Shown piece after piece: positions 16,589-24,685 of a stretch of DNA of 32,000 nt (positions are counted from its first letter, which is position 1; every line of letters begins with the position of its first letter). Source of the stretch: Desulforadius tongensis (lineage in GTDB: Bacteria > Bacillota > Desulfotomaculia > Desulfotomaculales > Desulfohalotomaculaceae). The translations under genes and the position numbers were made by a program. The stretch spans positions 83,772 through 115,771 of the forward strand of contig NZ_JAFBCW010000003.1 in assembly GCF_016907915.1 (NCBI RefSeq). Direction: 5' to 3'. The notes beneath the pieces are model-generated. The model ran no database searches. It saw only the letters and a list, made by a program, of their open reading frames with translations, and was not told the origin of the DNA.

Positions 16589-17812
16589 GTGAGGAAGATT
16601 ATCTTGCCCTTGTACGCTTACCAAGTGATGGACCGGACAGGAAGTGAGCTGACAGGTAAGTTAGAAGCCGAGCACCAGTGGTCAGCCGCTGCGCGGCTGC
16701 AAAAAATGGGTTACATCGTTCTGGATGTTGCGGAAGTTAAGGAATCTTCCTTTAAAAAAGCGTTTAGTTGGCGTAAAAAAGTAAGTATCGGTGACCTGTG
16801 TTTTTTCACCCGCCAGCTGGCGGCCATGCTCCGGGCGGGAATACCGCTGACGCGAAGCCTTTTTACTCTCAGTGAACAGGCCAAAAACCCTACACTGGCC
16901 GAAGCTGTGGCTGAAATTGCCCGCGGCGTGGAAGGGGGATTGAGTTTTTCCGAAGCGCTGCGCCCCTACTCGAATATTTTTTCTTCCTTGTATGTGGATA
17001 TGGTCAAGGCCGGTGAGATGGGCGGGGCATTGGATGAGATTTTAAGGCGTCTTTCAGAACAGCTGGAGCGGGAGAAAAGTTTACGGGACAGCATTCGCTC
17101 GGCAACCTTTTACCCGGCGGTTGTTTTAGTTTTTGCCACCGGGGTGATTTTAGCGCTGATGTTTTTCATTGTTCCCGTTTTTAGCAGCTTTTTCCCCCAG
17201 GGTACCAAACTGCCGCTGGTAACGGAAATTATCCTTGATTTGAGCCGGTCGTTGAGAAGTTTTTGGTATTTCTACTTACTGGGGCTGCTGCTGGCTGTAC
17301 TGGGCCTGCGGGTGTATGCGGCCAGTGAAAGCGGCCGGGAGAGATGGGAAAAAATTAAGTTTAAACTGCCGGTATTGGGCGACCTGTTTAAAAAAGCTGC
17401 CATAGCCCGTTTTTCCCGCATCCTGGCCACTCTTTTAAGCGGTGGTATTCCCGTACTGCAGGCGCTGGAAACGGCCGGCCCGGCATCCGGCAGCAGGCAG
17501 GTCAGTCAACTGGTAAAGGATGCCGGTGCGGGTATTCAGGAAGGGCAGAGTATAGTACGGCCCTTGGAAAGAAGCGGTTTTTTCCCACCCATGCTTACCA
17601 ACATGGTGGCGGTGGGAGAGGAAACGGGGGAACTTTCCACACTGCTGGCCCAGGTGGCGGACTTTTACGAAGAAGAAGTGGCCACCATGACTAAAGGGCT
17701 CACGGCGTTAATAGAACCAATTTTAATTATCTTTATTGGCCTTGTAATTGGCGGCATTGTGATTTCCATTTACTTACCGATATTCAATGTCGTTACCTCC
17801 GTTGGGGGGTAG
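16589..17812 (+). CDS. pilC: Type IV pilus platform protein PilC (GspF family)
   Basis: Two GspF repeats and three TM segments, with the typical YxYxAxDxxG N-terminus. The real start may be the TTG at 16604 (GAGGAAG 6 nt upstream). Confidence 0.9.
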   Translation: MRKIILPLYAYQVMDRTGSELTGKLEAEHQWSAAARLQKMGYIVLDVAEVKESSFKKAFSWRKKVSIGDLCFFTRQLAAMLRAGIPLTRSLFTLSEQAKNPTLAEAVAEIARGVEGGLSFSEALRPYSNIFSSLYVDMVKAGEMGGALDEILRRLSEQLEREKSLRDSIRSATFYPAVVLVFATGVILALMFFIVPVFSSFFPQGTKLPLVTEIILDLSRSLRSFWYFYLLGLLLAVLGLRVYAASESGRERWEKIKFKLPVLGDLFKKAAIARFSRILATLLSGGIPVLQALETAGPASGSRQVSQLVKDAGAGIQEGQSIVRPLERSGFFPPMLTNMVAVGEETGELSTLLAQVADFYEEEVATMTKGLTALIEPILIIFIGLVIGGIVISIYLPIFNVVTSVGG

Positions 17813-17845
17813 TCAAAAGACCTCGCAAGGAAGTGATAAGCTGTA

Positions 17846-18886
17846 ATGGGGTTATTTAAATCATCCACCGCTGTGGGTCTGGAGCTGGACACCGGTGTTA
17901 TCCGGGTTGTTCAGCTGAAGGGTACGCCCCAAAATGCCGTCCTTGCGGCGGTGGAACAGATAGAAATCCCGGAAGAAGCGGTGGTTGAAGGGGTGGTGGC
18001 TGACGGCAGCGCGGTGGCCGGTGCTTTGGAAAAGCTGTGGGTAAAAGCGGGTATTAGAAAACGTGATGTGGTGCTGGGTATTTCCAACCAGGGCGTATTG
18101 ATGCGAATGGCCGCACTTCCCAGCATTCCGGAAGAAAAGCTGGCCCAGGCTATGCGCTTTCAGGCCGAAGAATATTTTCCCATTCCCATTTCTGAAATGG
18201 TATTGGACTTTTCGGTGGTGGGCCGGTGGGATGGCGAGAACGGTCCGGAAATGGAAGTGCTGCTGGTGGCCGCCCGGCGGGATATACTGGACAAAAGTAT
18301 TAATGCTTTAAAACTTGGCGGTTTAAACCCGGAAATTATCGATGCTTCTCCCCTGGCCCTGATGCGTGTTTTACCGGAAGAAAAACTTACCGGCACGGTG
18401 GTTTTGGTGGACATTGCCAACGGTTTGAGCACCCTGCTGCTGGTTGATAATGGTGTGCCGCGCTTTTCCCGGGTGCTGTCCCGTTCTGTGCAATCTTACG
18501 CTGAGAAAAATAATGTTCGGCTTGCGGAATTTTTTACACTGCCCGGTGCAGCCGCTGCGGCGGAAGGAAAAGAGGATATCGGCAGCGGCGGTATTCCGGC
18601 GGAGTGGGGAATTGCCTTGGCCGGTGAGATTAGGGTATCCATCAGCTATTATTTGACCCAGACTAAAAGCGGTTCGGTGGATTATATATATTTAAGCGGC
18701 AGCGGTACCCGGGTGAAAGGACTGCCCGGGCTTTTGCAGCGGGAGTTGGATGTGCCGGTGGAAGTGATCCAGCCGTCAGCCAAACTGAAAAAAATAACCG
18801 GGGTCCCAGGGACAGACATAGAAAAAGAGGGGCCGGACTTTGCTGTCAGTGTTGGTTTGGCCCTGCGGGGATTGGGGGAACCCTAA
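17846..18886 (+). CDS. pilM: Type IV pilus assembly protein PilM (actin-like ATPase fold)
   Basis: N-terminal VGLELDTGVIRVVQL, IDASPLAL and SGSG motifs. Typical size and position upstream of pilN. Confidence 0.85.
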   Translation: MGLFKSSTAVGLELDTGVIRVVQLKGTPQNAVLAAVEQIEIPEEAVVEGVVADGSAVAGALEKLWVKAGIRKRDVVLGISNQGVLMRMAALPSIPEEKLAQAMRFQAEEYFPIPISEMVLDFSVVGRWDGENGPEMEVLLVAARRDILDKSINALKLGGLNPEIIDASPLALMRVLPEEKLTGTVVLVDIANGLSTLLLVDNGVPRFSRVLSRSVQSYAEKNNVRLAEFFTLPGAAAAAEGKEDIGSGGIPAEWGIALAGEIRVSISYYLTQTKSGSVDYIYLSGSGTRVKGLPGLLQRELDVPVEVIQPSAKLKKITGVPGTDIEKEGPDFAVSVGLALRGLGEP

Positions 18887-18889
18887 GCA

Positions 18890-19501
18890 ATGGAAATTAG
18901 AATTAATTTATTACCTCCAGAGTTAAAAGCCCGGCAGAAAAAAATACGCCGGCAGCGGCTGCTGCTGGCAGCCGGTGGTGCTGCTTTAGTATTTCTTCTC
19001 ACTGTCTACAGCATACTGCTCACCGCCACTTTCCAGGCCAGGGCCGAGGTTGTAAAGCTGCGGGCAGAGAGAGAGGCCTGGGAGAAAAGGGTTCAAACCT
19101 ATGAACCGTATGCTCAGCTGCAGGCCCGGGCAGAGAAGGCAGACCGGTTGATAAGCCGGGCCGAGGCTGGGCATCCCCACTGGGTACAGCTGCTGTATGA
19201 TATCGGCCTGCACATTCCCCCCTATGTTTGGCTCACCGATTTAAATGCCAGTTATAAAGCGGATAAAAATTCCGGCCGGTTATCCCAGGGTGAAATTGTA
19301 CTGAAGGGTTTTACCCTGGATCACGTTTCAGTGGCCCGCTGGCTGGAAGAACTGGGCCGGGTGCCGGGGTTGAAAAATGTTCGCTGCCAGTTTTCTTCCC
19401 AGGAAAATGCTGACCGGCAGGCACTGGTCCAGTATGAAATCAAAGCTGAACTGCTGCCCGGCAGAAACCGGCAGGATACAGCGAAAAGGGCGGGAGAATA
19501 A
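18890..19501 (+). CDS. pilN: Type IV pilus assembly protein PilN
   Basis: The conserved N-terminal INLLP motif that binds PilM, then a single TM helix and a coiled coil. Confidence 0.75.
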   Translation: MEIRINLLPPELKARQKKIRRQRLLLAAGGAALVFLLTVYSILLTATFQARAEVVKLRAEREAWEKRVQTYEPYAQLQARAEKADRLISRAEAGHPHWVQLLYDIGLHIPPYVWLTDLNASYKADKNSGRLSQGEIVLKGFTLDHVSVARWLEELGRVPGLKNVRCQFSSQENADRQALVQYEIKAELLPGRNRQDTAKRAGE

Positions 19502-19504
19502 GGG

Positions 19505-20038
19505 ATGGTACGGGAAAAAAGGTCTGGTTTTTGGATTATAATCTTGGGTGCTGTTTTACTGGCCCTGGTATTATTTTTGGTGTATAACCAGCTGGGGGCT
19601 TTAAATGCAGCCCGGGAGGCCGCTGCCAAAGAGCGGGCAGCCATTGTGGATGTTCAGCGTCGTTTACAGCAGCTGACAACGGTTAAAAAGCGGGCCCAGG
19701 ATTTAAACCAGCAGTTAAAGCGCTGTAACCGGCTGCTGCCGCCGGAACCTAACGAGGCGGAACTGATTAATGACATAAAGAACTATGCTTACAGGTCTAA
19801 TGTACATTTTATTCAAATTCGTTTTCAAAAGTATGTACCTAAACAGGGTTATGTGGAGATGCCCTTTAAAATGGTGCTGGAGGGAGAATATCACCAGCTG
19901 CTGAATCTGCTGCAGTACCTGCAGGATGGCCCGCGCCTGGTGCGCATAGATGAAGTGAAGATCGGCAAAGGCAGGGAAGAACTGCCGGTGGTTAGAGTTG
20001 ATATTTCCGGCAGTGCCTTCTATGCGGGCGGACAGTAA
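19505..20038 (+). CDS. pilO: Type IV pilus assembly protein PilO
   Basis: N-terminal TM helix and coiled coil, then a ferredoxin-like C-terminus with the PilO-typical pattern LPPEPNEAELINDI...YVEMPFKMVLEGEYHQLLNLLQYL...RLVRIDEVKI. Confidence 0.7.
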   Translation: MVREKRSGFWIIILGAVLLALVLFLVYNQLGALNAAREAAAKERAAIVDVQRRLQQLTTVKKRAQDLNQQLKRCNRLLPPEPNEAELINDIKNYAYRSNVHFIQIRFQKYVPKQGYVEMPFKMVLEGEYHQLLNLLQYLQDGPRLVRIDEVKIGKGREELPVVRVDISGSAFYAGGQ

Positions 20039-20175
20039 GTACCGTTTCCTGGTTAAAAAAGGGTGAAAAACCCCATCTATTGGCAGGAACGAGCATTTTT
20101 TCGGTGTACTGCAAAAACCACCGGCTTGGCAGGATAGCTATGGTAATTAATAACGGTTAACCGGCAAAGGGAGGG

Positions 20176-20760
20176 GTGGCCGTGATTAATGAAAAGCAGA
20201 AAATTAAAGATATACTGACCAAAGAAATCAAATTTAGCGACATAGTTAAATACATTAAGAAAAATAAAATAAAAACCGCTGCAGCCGGTGTCCTGGCAGC
20301 GGTTTTGGCCGGAGTAATTTTTCTGGTACAGGTAAAACCGGGTTTTTGGAGTGATGCTGCCGGCCAAAGTGAGGATACACTGGCGCTGATCCAAAATGGG
20401 GAAATTAATGGGGAAATTAATAAAGAGGAAAATAGCTATACATATTTACCGGAAACCCAAAGAGAAATTGAAGACTTCTCCAGGGCAAGAGATCCCTTTG
20501 CCGGAACAATGGAACTGCAGGGGGTCGTTACCGGCGGCAGGGGAAAGAACATAGCTATTATCAGGGTGGGCAGCAAATCCTTTGTGGCCGGTGAGGGAAC
20601 CCAAATAGCAGGTAATTTAACGGTGCAGGAAGTGAGAAACAGTACGGTAATTTTGAGTTCCCCGGGTGAAAAAATATACCTGGAACTGGGCGGAAAAATG
20701 AAATTGGAAAAAATAAAGCCGGATAAAAAAGATGTAAAAGAAACGGGGGATGAGAAGTGA
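20176..20760 (+). CDS. PilP-like membrane-anchored protein (RDPF motif plus beta-sandwich-like C-terminus)
   Basis: One TM helix and an acidic linker, then RDPFAGTMELQGVVTGGRGKNIAIIRVGSKSFVAGEGTQIAGNLTVQEVRNSTVIL. This resembles the PilP/GspC-HR pattern (R/N-PF...L.G.....A.i......v..G..i......V..I....V.L). The start is probably the GTG at 20182. Confidence 0.45.
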   Translation: MAVINEKQKIKDILTKEIKFSDIVKYIKKNKIKTAAAGVLAAVLAGVIFLVQVKPGFWSDAAGQSEDTLALIQNGEINGEINKEENSYTYLPETQREIEDFSRARDPFAGTMELQGVVTGGRGKNIAIIRVGSKSFVAGEGTQIAGNLTVQEVRNSTVILSSPGEKIYLELGGKMKLEKIKPDKKDVKETGDEK

Positions 20761-21830
20761 TGGTTACAGGCAGCACCGTTGGTTTTTTCAGGCATATTAT
20801 AAAAGCATCCCCGGGAACGCTTATTACGGCAGTACTGCTGGCAGGAATACTGGCTTTAACGGTGGGAATTGATAGGGCGCCAGCAGGGCAGGCGGAAAGG
20901 GCTGCTAACGCCCCTTCGTTACTAGATACAGTTTTTGCCGAAACGGGGAATACAATTACCCTGAACGTACGGGAAGCCTACCTGCAGGATGTGCTGTCCG
21001 CCCTGGCCATTAAAATGGGGGCAAACATTGTGCTGCTGGACAGCAAACCGGTGAAAGTTACATTTAAGGTGGAAAATGTATCCCCCCGGCGGGCCATGGA
21101 ATTGATTATTCAAAGCAGCGGTCTTTCCTACCTGCAGAGCGGCAGTGTTATTATCATCGGCCCAGCGGATAAACTGCAGCAGAATTTCTTCAACCACATG
21201 GCTTTAACCAGGTTTGACACCCGGTATATAGAAAGTGACGAAATTCAGAATATGATTAATAAACTGGGGATTAAGGGGGTTAAAACCATCATTAAAGATG
21301 ACAACCCCCACGCCATTTGGGTGCAGGGCACGGCACAGGCGCTGGATAAAGTGAGGGAACTTATTTCTGCGGTGGATATAGAAAAGGAACCTTTTGAAGA
21401 AAAACAATCCCGGTTTTTCTACACCCTGGAATACACGGCGGCCGGTGAGGCGGCAGAAAAATTAAAACAGTTCGGCTTTGGGGATAATGTAAAGGCGATA
21501 ATCGGTGAGGGGGATAAATTTGGCAGAGAATTACTGGTACTCTGCCCTAAGGATATTGAAGGCCAGGTGATGAGTGCCCTGGATGCCATCGACATGCCGG
21601 TGAAAAAGACCCGGGTTCCGCTGCTGACGGAACGGGGGGAGAACGCCCATCAAAGGCTCAATGCCACCCGCCACCTGCTTAGTGAGTTGAGCGGCGTGCC
21701 GGTGGGCAGCTTGCACATTTCCAGAAATCTGGGCAGCAGAGATAATCCCCTCTATGTGCTTTGGGTGGAAGAAACGCCGGATAAATCTCAACTGCTTAAA
21801 AACTTGGTGGATGAGATGGATTTGAACTAA
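20757..21830 (+). CDS. Secretin N-domain-only protein (N0/STN-like plus repeated Secretin_N/ring-building-motif-like domains, no secretin beta-barrel)
   Basis: Signal anchor, then ITLNVREAYLQDVLSALAIKMGANIVLLDSKPVKVTFKVENVSPRRAMELIIQSSGLSY...VIIIG (STN/N0-like). Next comes LTRFDTRYIESDEIQNMINKLG...KTIIKDDNPHAIWVQGTAQALDKVRELISAVD (Secretin_N-like) and two more alpha/beta repeats. The protein ends at 357 aa. Its start overlaps the upstream stop. Confidence 0.5.
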   Translation: MMVTGSTVGFFRHIIKASPGTLITAVLLAGILALTVGIDRAPAGQAERAANAPSLLDTVFAETGNTITLNVREAYLQDVLSALAIKMGANIVLLDSKPVKVTFKVENVSPRRAMELIIQSSGLSYLQSGSVIIIGPADKLQQNFFNHMALTRFDTRYIESDEIQNMINKLGIKGVKTIIKDDNPHAIWVQGTAQALDKVRELISAVDIEKEPFEEKQSRFFYTLEYTAAGEAAEKLKQFGFGDNVKAIIGEGDKFGRELLVLCPKDIEGQVMSALDAIDMPVKKTRVPLLTERGENAHQRLNATRHLLSELSGVPVGSLHISRNLGSRDNPLYVLWVEETPDKSQLLKNLVDEMDLN

Positions 21831-21907
21831 ATTAAATTAGTTAACTAACATATAACATTAACAGGAAAAGTTTTTTGTTAAGACAGCTGATGAAAGGAGG
21901 TGAAACA

Positions 21908-22324
21908 ATGTTTGACAGAATTTGCCGCAGTTTAAAAAACCGCCGGGGTTTCACTCTTGTGGAACTGATGGTGGTGGTGGCGATAATCGGTATCCTGGTG
22001 GGTATTGCAGTGCCGCTGTTCAATAAGTCGACAAGTTCGGCCGAAAAGAAGGCCTGCCATGCCAACCAGCGGATAATAGAAGGTGCCGCCATGCAGTATT
22101 ATGCTGAGAAAAATACATGGCCCAGTGACGTTGAGGCACTGGTAAATGAGGGGTACTTACAGGAGGAACCTAAGTGTCCCTTAAGTAAAAGTGGTTATAC
22201 AATTAATGATAAGGGCAAAGTAACTGGTGTTAAACCACCAGGCAGCGGCGGTACACAGTGCAACCACGGGTATTACGCCAATGATGGCGGCCAGTTCCCG
22301 GGTTCAGGCAGCAGCAGTCCATAA
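21908..22324 (+). CDS. pilA: Type IV major pilin (prepilin with class III signal peptide)
   Basis: AAGGAGG RBS 8 nt before the ATG at 21908. Leader MFDRICRSLKNRRG, then cleavage-site sequence FTLVELMVVVAIIGILVGIAVPLF with Glu at +5. Three Cys in the globular part. A hairpin follows the gene. Confidence 0.85.
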   Translation: MFDRICRSLKNRRGFTLVELMVVVAIIGILVGIAVPLFNKSTSSAEKKACHANQRIIEGAAMQYYAEKNTWPSDVEALVNEGYLQEEPKCPLSKSGYTINDKGKVTGVKPPGSGGTQCNHGYYANDGGQFPGSGSSSP

Positions 22325-22375
22325 CAGTGGTAACAACGGTAATAACAGCTAAGTGCCGGGTATTTTAATGTTAAG

Positions 22376-22406
22376 GGGAGTATTTTTGTATAAGTACTCC
22401 CTTTAA
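22376..22406 (+). terminator. Weak hairpin after pilA (possible attenuator between major and minor pilin genes)
   Basis: GGGAGTA (22376-22382) pairs with TACTCCC (22395-22401), followed by TTTAAT. The U tract is poor. Confidence 0.35.
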
Positions 22407-22515
22407 TGCTACCCTGAAAAATGGTATCCTGCTGAGTCCGCCTGCTTTTCATTCTCTGATGGTGTCATTACGGCAGTTTTCACTTTTTAGTTAATCGGTA
22501 AAGGGGAGCTCCCAA

Positions 22516-24021
22516 ATGCTGCAGATGTTTGATTATAGGAATAAAAGCCGCCGGGGTTTTACTTTAATAGAAGTTTTAATTTCCCTTACAATACTGCTTA
22601 TCGTGGCGCTGGCATTGGTGCCCCTGTTTTCCTTTGTGGCCCGGTCCACCCAGGCCAACAGGGCCCGTTTGGTGGCCATGGAACTGGCGGCCGGCAGAAT
22701 GGAAGAAATAAGACAAGCGGATTACATTACTCAAATTGGAGAAGTTGGGGGTACTCCGGTGGGAATTTTTCCCTCCACCGAAACCAGAACCATCGGCGGC
22801 ATTGAGTACACCATTAATACGGAAATTGTGTGGAAGGATGACCCCAGTGACGGCACCGGTGACGGTGATGTCGTTCCTTTTGATTACAAGGGAATACGGG
22901 TTACTGTTTCTGCTCCCGGTGTCTTTAATGGGAAAGTGACGCAGTATGCTGATTTTAATTCCCTGGCGGCAAAGGAAGAGGGAGAATCCATTATACCTGT
23001 CCTCAAAGTGCGGGTAAACCGCGGGTGGGTGGATACCCCGGGCGTTACCGTACCGGTGGAAGGGGTGCGCACTACCCTGCTGACCGGTCCGGGAGCACCG
23101 CGCAGCCAGTTTACCGGTGCAAACGGGGAAAGTATCTATGATATAAATTTATCCGGCAGTGATTACGGTACAGTAACAGTTAAAGTGACCCCTCCCCTGG
23201 GAATGATAGTCCGCCCGGACATGGCTGGCGGACAGAGTGTAGCGGTGGCCAAAGGCACAACTTCAACCGCCGTTTTTGAAGTTGAGCGGCCCTGCGCGCT
23301 GGAATTTTATTCTGACAGCACCGGCAGGATGATATTGAAGCAGCCCTACGGCGGCGACATTACCCAGGAAGTGCAGGAAGGGAATAATAAAGTTGAAAAT
23401 TTATGGCCGGTGGGTGACGGGGCAGAGGGTACTTATAAATTGACAATTATTGATGAGGCCTATGTTCAGAATTTTGATGGCCCCGGCAGCTATACCGTTG
23501 AAAAAGAGATTGGGTGGGGGGGTAACCCTTCGTGGGAATTTGGAGAGCCCACCACTGGTCCCCGTGGTGCGCATACCGGCTCCGGTGTTTGGGCCACTAA
23601 TCTTAACGGTAATTATAAACCCGGGGAAAGAAGCTGCCTGGTATCGCCGGAAATAGACCTAAGGGGCTTTGCGGGTGCAGATTTTAAATTGAGCTGGTGG
23701 CAGTGGCTGCAGACGGAAGAAGGGTATGACTATGTGTATGTGGATGTAAATAAAAACGGCGGAGATGAAAATGACTGGGTTACCGTATATAAAGAATCCG
23801 GAGATGTGGATTTAAAATGGGCGGAGAAAGAGATTACTTTGGATTCCTCCTATGCCGTAAAAAATTTCAAGGTGCGGTTTCGGTTTCAGTCTGATGGCAG
23901 TATACAGTTTCCCGGCTGGTATATTGATGACATAGCTATTTACCGTGAAAGGGAGCATGATTGGGATGGTAAGTTTAAAGCTCCCGGCACAACGGTGGAT
24001 CCCTTTAATGTAACTGAATAG
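22516..24021 (+). CDS. Large PilV-like minor pilin fused to a C-terminal jelly-roll (MAM/InhA-like) putative binding domain
   Basis: Prepilin motif KSRRG/FTLIEVLISL. The C-terminal 170 aa or so show the pattern GPRGAHTGSGVWATN...CLVSPEIDL...FKLSWWQW...YDYVYVDV...WV...KWAEKEITL...FKVRFRFQSDGSIQFPGWYIDDIAI. That pattern is typical of MAM-like/M6-InhA accessory beta-sandwich domains. Confidence 0.7.
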   Translation: MLQMFDYRNKSRRGFTLIEVLISLTILLIVALALVPLFSFVARSTQANRARLVAMELAAGRMEEIRQADYITQIGEVGGTPVGIFPSTETRTIGGIEYTINTEIVWKDDPSDGTGDGDVVPFDYKGIRVTVSAPGVFNGKVTQYADFNSLAAKEEGESIIPVLKVRVNRGWVDTPGVTVPVEGVRTTLLTGPGAPRSQFTGANGESIYDINLSGSDYGTVTVKVTPPLGMIVRPDMAGGQSVAVAKGTTSTAVFEVERPCALEFYSDSTGRMILKQPYGGDITQEVQEGNNKVENLWPVGDGAEGTYKLTIIDEAYVQNFDGPGSYTVEKEIGWGGNPSWEFGEPTTGPRGAHTGSGVWATNLNGNYKPGERSCLVSPEIDLRGFAGADFKLSWWQWLQTEEGYDYVYVDVNKNGGDENDWVTVYKESGDVDLKWAEKEITLDSSYAVKNFKVRFRFQSDGSIQFPGWYIDDIAIYREREHDWDGKFKAPGTTVDPFNVTE

Positions 24022-24054
24022 TTTACAGAGCATAATTCCCCATATTTTAAAAGG

Positions 24055-24636
24055 GTGGTTAATGTGGTGAAAAGAAAGATAGAGATAATAAAATCTCTTT
24101 TTTCCAGCGAGAAAGGTTTTTCTTTGGTTGAGCTGATGATGGCCCTGGCTTTAATGGGCCTGGCCCTGGCCGGAATATACAATATCTTTTTCTTTGCCCA
24201 CAGCAGTTTTAATCACGCCCGGTTAGAAAATCAGGTGCTGCAGGAAGTAAATTTATTTTTAACAACCATCGGGGCGGAAATAAACTCTGCCCAAAGGCCA
24301 AATGACAGTACAGAAGCTGTTGCGGTTAATGGGAACGGGATAGATATATACCGTGTAAATAAATTTACAAATAACTGGGAACGGATTCAATATCGTATTG
24401 CCCATGGAAAGCTGCAGCGCAGGAGTGCTGAACTTTCGGAAGAACTGGGCACCTGGCAGACAGTGGTAAGCGGGGTAGATAACACCGGTATTTTTCAAGT
24501 TTCCCCTGTGCCAAATTTTGAAGATTGCCGCCGGGTGAGCATTAATTTAAAGGTAAGCGGTGCGCCCACTCCCTTGAATAAACCGCTGGAAATCAGTACG
24601 GTTTTTATATCCCGCAGCAGGGGGGGAGAGGAATGA
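24055..24636 (+). CDS. PilW-like minor pilin (prepilin-type N-terminal cleavage/methylation domain)
   Basis: Carries SSEKG/FSLVELMMALALMGLALAGIY. About 190 aa. The start codon is uncertain (GTG 24055 or 24064). Confidence 0.65.
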   Translation: MVNVVKRKIEIIKSLFSSEKGFSLVELMMALALMGLALAGIYNIFFFAHSSFNHARLENQVLQEVNLFLTTIGAEINSAQRPNDSTEAVAVNGNGIDIYRVNKFTNNWERIQYRIAHGKLQRRSAELSEELGTWQTVVSGVDNTGIFQVSPVPNFEDCRRVSINLKVSGAPTPLNKPLEISTVFISRSRGGEE

Positions 24637-24685
24637 CGCTGCATTATGTGAACTTTGCTGAAGCGTAGTTATCGGGAGGGTAACT

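Noticed and set aside
20080-20134. Two copies of TTGGCAGGA (20080-20088 and 20126-20134) in the pilO/PilP-like gap. The first reads TGGCAGgaacgaGCAT, which resembles a sigma-54 -24/-12 promoter.
   Set aside because: The GG-to-GC spacing is one nucleotide shorter than the strict sigma-54 consensus (TGGCAC-N5-TTGC). The second copy has no -12 element. No enhancer-binding protein is in the window. I kept it only as a minor direct repeat.
20396-20419. A perfect 12-nt tandem duplication (ATGGGGAAATTA twice) encoding NGEINGEIN in the PilP-like ORF linker.
   Set aside because: It is in-frame, short and within an acidic low-complexity linker. It most likely arose by slippage, with no separate function.
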